From assembly GCA_046541755.1 (NCBI GenBank), contig JBKHCQ010000003.1:1-37469 (forward strand): 37,469 nt of DNA, written 5' to 3'. This document shows, one piece after another, positions 33,137-37,469 of this stretch. Both the position numbers and the translations under genes were made by a program. The DNA comes from Anaerolineales bacterium. GTDB lineage: Bacteria > Chloroflexota > Anaerolineae > B4-G1 > SLSP01. The notes under the pieces were generated by a model. That model was not told the DNA's origin, did no database searches, and saw nothing but the letters and a program-made list of their open reading frames with translations. How positions within the stretch are numbered: the first letter of the stretch is position 1; every line of letters starts with the position of its first letter.

Positions 33137-35467
33137 ATGGCGGATAAAAGAGCTGCCGGAGGAAAACCGTCGGTAATCAGTGGATCTTCTGATCTACTAC
33201 TTGGCACATCCATTGGGCGCCGATTGAGTCGCAGAATTCTGCTGTTGAGCATCATCACCGTGATCGTGATGTTGGGAACAATGTACCTGGGGGTGGGGAG
33301 CGTCTTGAATGCATCCAGCCGAGGGCTTTTGACAGCGCGCGGGGAGGCCGAGCAGATTTTCACGCGATTTTTGGAAGGTATCTTCCAGGATTTGCGCGCC
33401 ACCAGTGATGCGCTGGCTGTGGGGGACGATCCTGATGCGCTCTTCCGTCAGGCCTTAGATCGTCAGACCGCCTACGTCGACATCCGCCTGATCGCCCCAC
33501 GCGGGGAGGTGCTCGCGAGCCGGCGACGTTCGGGGGTCGCCCCCGCCTCGGTGGCGACCCAACCATGGTTGACGACGATGGTCGTCGGCGAGATTTATTT
33601 TGGCTCGGTGGATTATGAGGAATACGGCGCGCCGATTGTCGCCATCGCTGTCCCGGTGGAGGATGAAGCGGGCAATTTCTACGCTTCGTTGGTCGCGCAA
33701 GTGGATCTGACCGCGCTATGGGATATCGTCGCCGGCTTCAACGTCGGCGACGAGGGCCATGTCTACGTCTCCAGTTGGAGCGGCATGGTGATCCTGCATC
33801 AGGATTTAGATTTCGTGCAGAAAAAAATATCTGGAGATCCGAATACGGGAGAGTTGTTCCCTATGCCTAACCCGCGCGAGATTGCCGAAGAGGACTATAT
33901 GTTTTATAGAGGGCATCGCGACGAATGGGTCTTTGCCTCGGCCGCGCCGATTATCCCGGATGTGACGCACTGGTATGTGGTGGTGGAGCGGCCCGTCGCT
34001 GAAATCTTCCGTCCGTTGATCACCGAGGGCGTGATCATTCTGATCTTGTTTATTGGCATTGTGGGCGGCGTGTTGGACATCTTGAACTTCACGCGCCGGC
34101 GCATCGTTTATCCCCTGCGCGTTTTGCATAAGAATGTCCTGGCGTTGGGCGAAGGAGATCTAGAGCGGCGTATCCCACTGGAGATAGATGATGAGTTCGG
34201 CGTGTTGGCCGCGACGTTGAACACCCTGGCGTCTCAGTTGCAAGAGATCATCAATACGCTGGAACATCGGATTGCAGAGCGCACGCGCGGCTTGCGGGCG
34301 GCGGCGGATATCTCACGCGCGACGACCACCGTGTTGGACCCCGATGAGTTGCAGCGCGAGACCGTGGACTTGATCCGCGAGCGTTTTGATCTCTACTACG
34401 TCGGCCTCTTCTTGGTGGATGAGACGGAGGCGTATGCAGTATTGCGCGCCGGCACCGGGGAAGCGGGTCGGAAGATGTTGGAGAGTGACCACCGGCTGCG
34501 CGTCGGCGGCGCGACGATGATTGGACAGTGTGTGTCGACCGGCGAAGGGCGGATTGCGCTCGACGTGGGGGAGGAGGCCTCGCGCTTTGATAATCCCCTG
34601 TTGCCCGAGACTCACTCGGAGATGGCCCTGCCGCTCCAAGCGCGCGGGCGCATCATCGGCGCGTTGAGTGTGCAGAGCAAGGAAATCGCTGCATTCGACG
34701 AGGCCGACATCGCCGTGATGCAGACGATGGCCGACCAAGTGGCCGTGGCCATCGACAACGCGCGGCTCTTCACTGAATCGCAGGCGGCCCTGGAGGAGAT
34801 GGAAGAAATCCAGCGCCGCTACACGGAACAGGCGTGGGGCGCCTTCACCCGTAAACGAGCCATCAAAGGCTACGAGCAGACAGCGACGGGCCTGCGGCCC
34901 TTGGACGAAGCGGCCCATCAGAATGAAATCCAAACGGTATTTTCCGCCCTGCGCACCGGCGAACCGAGCGCGCGATCACTGGTGTTTGGGGAGGGCGGGG
35001 AACGCTCCTCACAGATAGCCAGCAAAATCCTGGCCCCCATCTTGCAACGCGAGCGCCCCATCGGCGTTTTGGGCTGTGAGGCTCACGCTGAAGGGCGTCG
35101 CTGGAGCAAAGACCAAGTCGCTTTGGTCGAGACCATCGCCGAGCAATTTGCCATCGCGGCGGAGAACCTGCGGCTCTTGGATGAAACGCAGCGCCGCGCG
35201 GCCCGCGAGCAGGCCGTGACGGAGGTCACCGCCAAGATCCGGGCGGAGGTCGAGATCGAAGCGATGTTGCAGGAGGCCCTCACGGAGCTGGGGCAGGTGC
35301 TGGGCGCTGATCGTGGCCTCGCCCACCTCGCGCTGGGAGAGGAGAGCCTGCTGGAAGAGGAAGAGACGGAGCGGCCTGCAAGTGGCCCCGTAAGTGAAGA
35401 AGACGGTGCCGGCCTTCAAGCGCAGCAGGACGGAAACGGAAACGAAAACGGAAACGAAAACGGATAG
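33137..35467 (+). CDS. Receptor paralog 13: TM - dCache-like - TM - HAMP - GAF - partial GAF - tail
   Basis: RBS GGAGG. PIVAIAVPV, GDEGHVYV and HWYVVVERP are Cache-like. HAMP DEFGVLAATLN, GAF1 RFDNPLLPETHSEMALPL, AENLRLLDETQRRAARE, and an acidic tail ending GNGNENGNENG. Confidence 0.9.
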   Translation: MADKRAAGGKPSVISGSSDLLLGTSIGRRLSRRILLLSIITVIVMLGTMYLGVGSVLNASSRGLLTARGEAEQIFTRFLEGIFQDLRATSDALAVGDDPDALFRQALDRQTAYVDIRLIAPRGEVLASRRRSGVAPASVATQPWLTTMVVGEIYFGSVDYEEYGAPIVAIAVPVEDEAGNFYASLVAQVDLTALWDIVAGFNVGDEGHVYVSSWSGMVILHQDLDFVQKKISGDPNTGELFPMPNPREIAEEDYMFYRGHRDEWVFASAAPIIPDVTHWYVVVERPVAEIFRPLITEGVIILILFIGIVGGVLDILNFTRRRIVYPLRVLHKNVLALGEGDLERRIPLEIDDEFGVLAATLNTLASQLQEIINTLEHRIAERTRGLRAAADISRATTTVLDPDELQRETVDLIRERFDLYYVGLFLVDETEAYAVLRAGTGEAGRKMLESDHRLRVGGATMIGQCVSTGEGRIALDVGEEASRFDNPLLPETHSEMALPLQARGRIIGALSVQSKEIAAFDEADIAVMQTMADQVAVAIDNARLFTESQAALEEMEEIQRRYTEQAWGAFTRKRAIKGYEQTATGLRPLDEAAHQNEIQTVFSALRTGEPSARSLVFGEGGERSSQIASKILAPILQRERPIGVLGCEAHAEGRRWSKDQVALVETIAEQFAIAAENLRLLDETQRRAAREQAVTEVTAKIRAEVEIEAMLQEALTELGQVLGADRGLAHLALGEESLLEEEETERPASGPVSEEDGAGLQAQQDGNGNENGNENG
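35430..35464. repeat. Hexamer repeat (ACG[G/A]AA)~6 at the 3' end of paralog 13
   Basis: acggaa acggaa acgaaa acggaa acgaaa acgga. Confidence 0.8.
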
Positions 35468-35480
35468 GATGGAGACCGAT

Positions 35481-37313
35481 ATGAACGAACAACTCGATAA
35501 CAAACCCGGGGCTGGGGCGTTCGAGACCCTGATAGCCGATGGTGAGGCCCAGAAAATCACCCTTGCCGGCATCTGGCGCTCGTTAGTATCCGCAGAAATT
35601 TACGAGAGCGAGGAAACCGCGCGGGTTGCTCGTCTGTTCAATAACTTGATGATCGTAGGCGGGATCCTTACGCTCCTCTTTATCGGAATCTTTATGATCG
35701 CCCAGGCCAGAGGACTGTTCCTGCGGCCGTTCGAGGGCTGGCTTGGCGCGACGTTCCCGGCGTCGTTGTTCCTGATCGCGGCCTTTGCTATCTGGCAGGT
35801 GAAGGCGGGCCACCTAGAGACGATGATCAAATTCTACATCTGGAGCGTATTTGTGGGCCTTCTGCTGGCCGTTGTGCTCTACGATGGCGCGCGTTCTGCC
35901 GCCTGGTTTCTCTTCTTCTGGCCCGTGATGTTAGCGGGCACCTTTATGGAGCCGGATGATGCGTTACGGATGGCGCTGGGCCTCTTTATATCCTATGGCC
36001 TGGTGTACTTACTGGAAGCTTGGGAAATTTACGCGCCGCCTATCATCCTTACCGAAGCGGCCTATCGTTTTATCAGCTTGGCTTTTGGCCTCTTGATGAT
36101 CGGGGCCACCACCGGCGTGGTTAACTTTATCAACATGCGCAGTTTGCGGCAGGCGATAGCGAAAATGCGGCAGACGGAGCAAACATTGCAGGAGACGCGG
36201 CGTTCACTGGAGCAGCGCGTCGAGGAGCGCACCGCCGAGTTGAAAAAGCAGGCCACCCAGCTCGAGACCATCACCCAATTGAACCGGATGGTCGCGACCT
36301 TGCCCGACCTCCAGAGTGTGCTCGATACCTCCGCTCAACTGATCTCCGAGCGGTTGGGATATTATCACGCTGGCATCTTCCTGTTGGGGCCGGAGCGCAA
36401 ATGGGCCGTGCTCCAGGCTGCATCGTCGGAAGGGGGGCAGAAGATGTTGGCGCGCGGCCATCGCCTGCGTGTGGGCGAAGAGGGCGTAGTGGGCTACGTC
36501 GCGCACACCGGCCTCCCCCGGATCGCTTTAGACGTCGGCGAGGATGTCATGTGGTTCGATAACCCAGATCTTCCCAACACCCGCTCCGAAATCGCCTTGC
36601 CCTTGGTCGCGCGCGGCCAAATCTTAGGCGTGCTGGATATCCAGACCGAAGAGCGCGAAGCCTTCATAGAGGACGATATCAAAGTCCTGCGCGTCTTGGC
36701 GCGCGGCACAGCCATCGCCATCGATAATGTGCGGACATTAGAAGAGATGCGCGATACATTAGATCGCTTGGCCCGTTATCAGGAGCGCGATGCGTTACAA
36801 GCGTGGCGACACGCTCTCGCCCGCCGGAATATGCAGGTGGACTTATCCTACGTCGCCGGCCTGACCCGCGAGGCCGACCCGCAAGAGGTGGCCGCCATCC
36901 AGACCCATGCGCCGGCCACCCTCGCGGAGATGACCACACTGGAGACGCCTTCGGGCACGCATCGGCTGCTGGCCCCGATTTACGTGCAGGGCCGTTCCTT
37001 GGGCGTGTTGGCCTTTGATAAATCCGAACCGTGGCAACCGGAGGAACTGCAACTCTCGCGGGCGGTGGTGACGCAGTTGGAACTGGCGTTGGAGAACGCG
37101 CGTCTGCTGGAGGAGACGCGGCTCCGCGCATCTCAGGAGCGCGCGCGCGGCGAGATCGTGTCCAAAGTCCGCTCGATGGGCTCCGTCGATGCGATTTTGC
37201 GCAGCGCCGCCGAGGAGTTAGGGCAAGCGCTCCGCGTGGAGCGCAGCCGGATCCAGTTGATGCCCCCTGGCGAGGAAGCGCGCCCGTCGCGCGTAGGCGA
37301 ACCTTCGGAATAA
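35481..37313 (+). CDS. Receptor paralog 14: multi-TM - GAF - partial GAF - tail
   Basis: ATG 35481 after GGAG (alternative 35469). About 6 TM, LEQRVEERT, GAF1 WFDNPDLPNTRSEIALPL, and ALENARLLEETRLRASQERARGEIVSKVRSMGSVDAILRSAAEELG..SRIQL. Confidence 0.9.
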   Translation: MNEQLDNKPGAGAFETLIADGEAQKITLAGIWRSLVSAEIYESEETARVARLFNNLMIVGGILTLLFIGIFMIAQARGLFLRPFEGWLGATFPASLFLIAAFAIWQVKAGHLETMIKFYIWSVFVGLLLAVVLYDGARSAAWFLFFWPVMLAGTFMEPDDALRMALGLFISYGLVYLLEAWEIYAPPIILTEAAYRFISLAFGLLMIGATTGVVNFINMRSLRQAIAKMRQTEQTLQETRRSLEQRVEERTAELKKQATQLETITQLNRMVATLPDLQSVLDTSAQLISERLGYYHAGIFLLGPERKWAVLQAASSEGGQKMLARGHRLRVGEEGVVGYVAHTGLPRIALDVGEDVMWFDNPDLPNTRSEIALPLVARGQILGVLDIQTEEREAFIEDDIKVLRVLARGTAIAIDNVRTLEEMRDTLDRLARYQERDALQAWRHALARRNMQVDLSYVAGLTREADPQEVAAIQTHAPATLAEMTTLETPSGTHRLLAPIYVQGRSLGVLAFDKSEPWQPEELQLSRAVVTQLELALENARLLEETRLRASQERARGEIVSKVRSMGSVDAILRSAAEELGQALRVERSRIQLMPPGEEARPSRVGEPSE

Positions 37314-37469
37314 GAAAGCAGCCAGAGGGTCGGCGCAGGCTGACTTCGTAGGCGTTGCCGCGACTTCGGTCGCCAGGCTCCCATTACCAAGTTAAGGGAT
37401 TTTAGAAATTAAAAGCTTCCCCTGAAAAAAGGTCAAAAATCCGATTTTTACGCACGCAACCTACTACAT

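Noticed and set aside
7894-35467. Methyl-accepting chemotaxis proteins
   Set aside because: Cache/4HB-HAMP inputs look MCP-like, but the signalling hairpin motif (LLALNAAIEAARAGE.GRGFAVVA) is absent and there are no cheA/cheW/cheR/cheB genes in the window.
3507-37313. Paralogs as truncated or pseudogenised histidine kinases
   Set aside because: All 14 are intact ORFs ending at the same conserved tail, and no HisKA or HATPase remnants appear in the other-frame ORFs after them. Fourteen independent identical truncations are implausible.

Overview
GC-rich bacterial window in which all 21 supportable genes lie on the + strand. The style of the GAF proteins suggests Chloroflexota/Anaerolineae, but that is inference. 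The window opens with two stand-alone DivK/CheY-like receivers and one membrane histidine kinase (sensor-HAMP-GAF-HisKA-HATPase). It then runs through a ~34 kb tandem array of 14 paralogous receptor-like proteins. Each has its own input module: six multi-TM, six 2TM+HAMP with Cache-like/4-helix-bundle/unknown ectodomains, one fused ABC-type binding domain, and one soluble LacI-type binding domain. All 14 share a cytoplasmic coiled coil-GAF-(partial GAF)-short helix-helix-strand tail and have no recognisable enzymatic or DNA-binding output. Interspersed are two orphan ABC solute-binding proteins, each directly before a HAMP receptor, plus a DedA/VTT protein and a small SAM methyltransferase. 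Main hypothesis: a chemoreceptor-like, many-inputs/one-output sensory system that is not built on MCPs. In it the C-terminal tail appears to supply exactly the GAF elements missing from the second GAF (a split or permuted GAF), a possible oligomerisation or coupling device. Intergenic regions hold REP/MITE-like inverted-repeat elements and short tandem repeats. No RNA genes, CRISPR arrays or transposases were seen.
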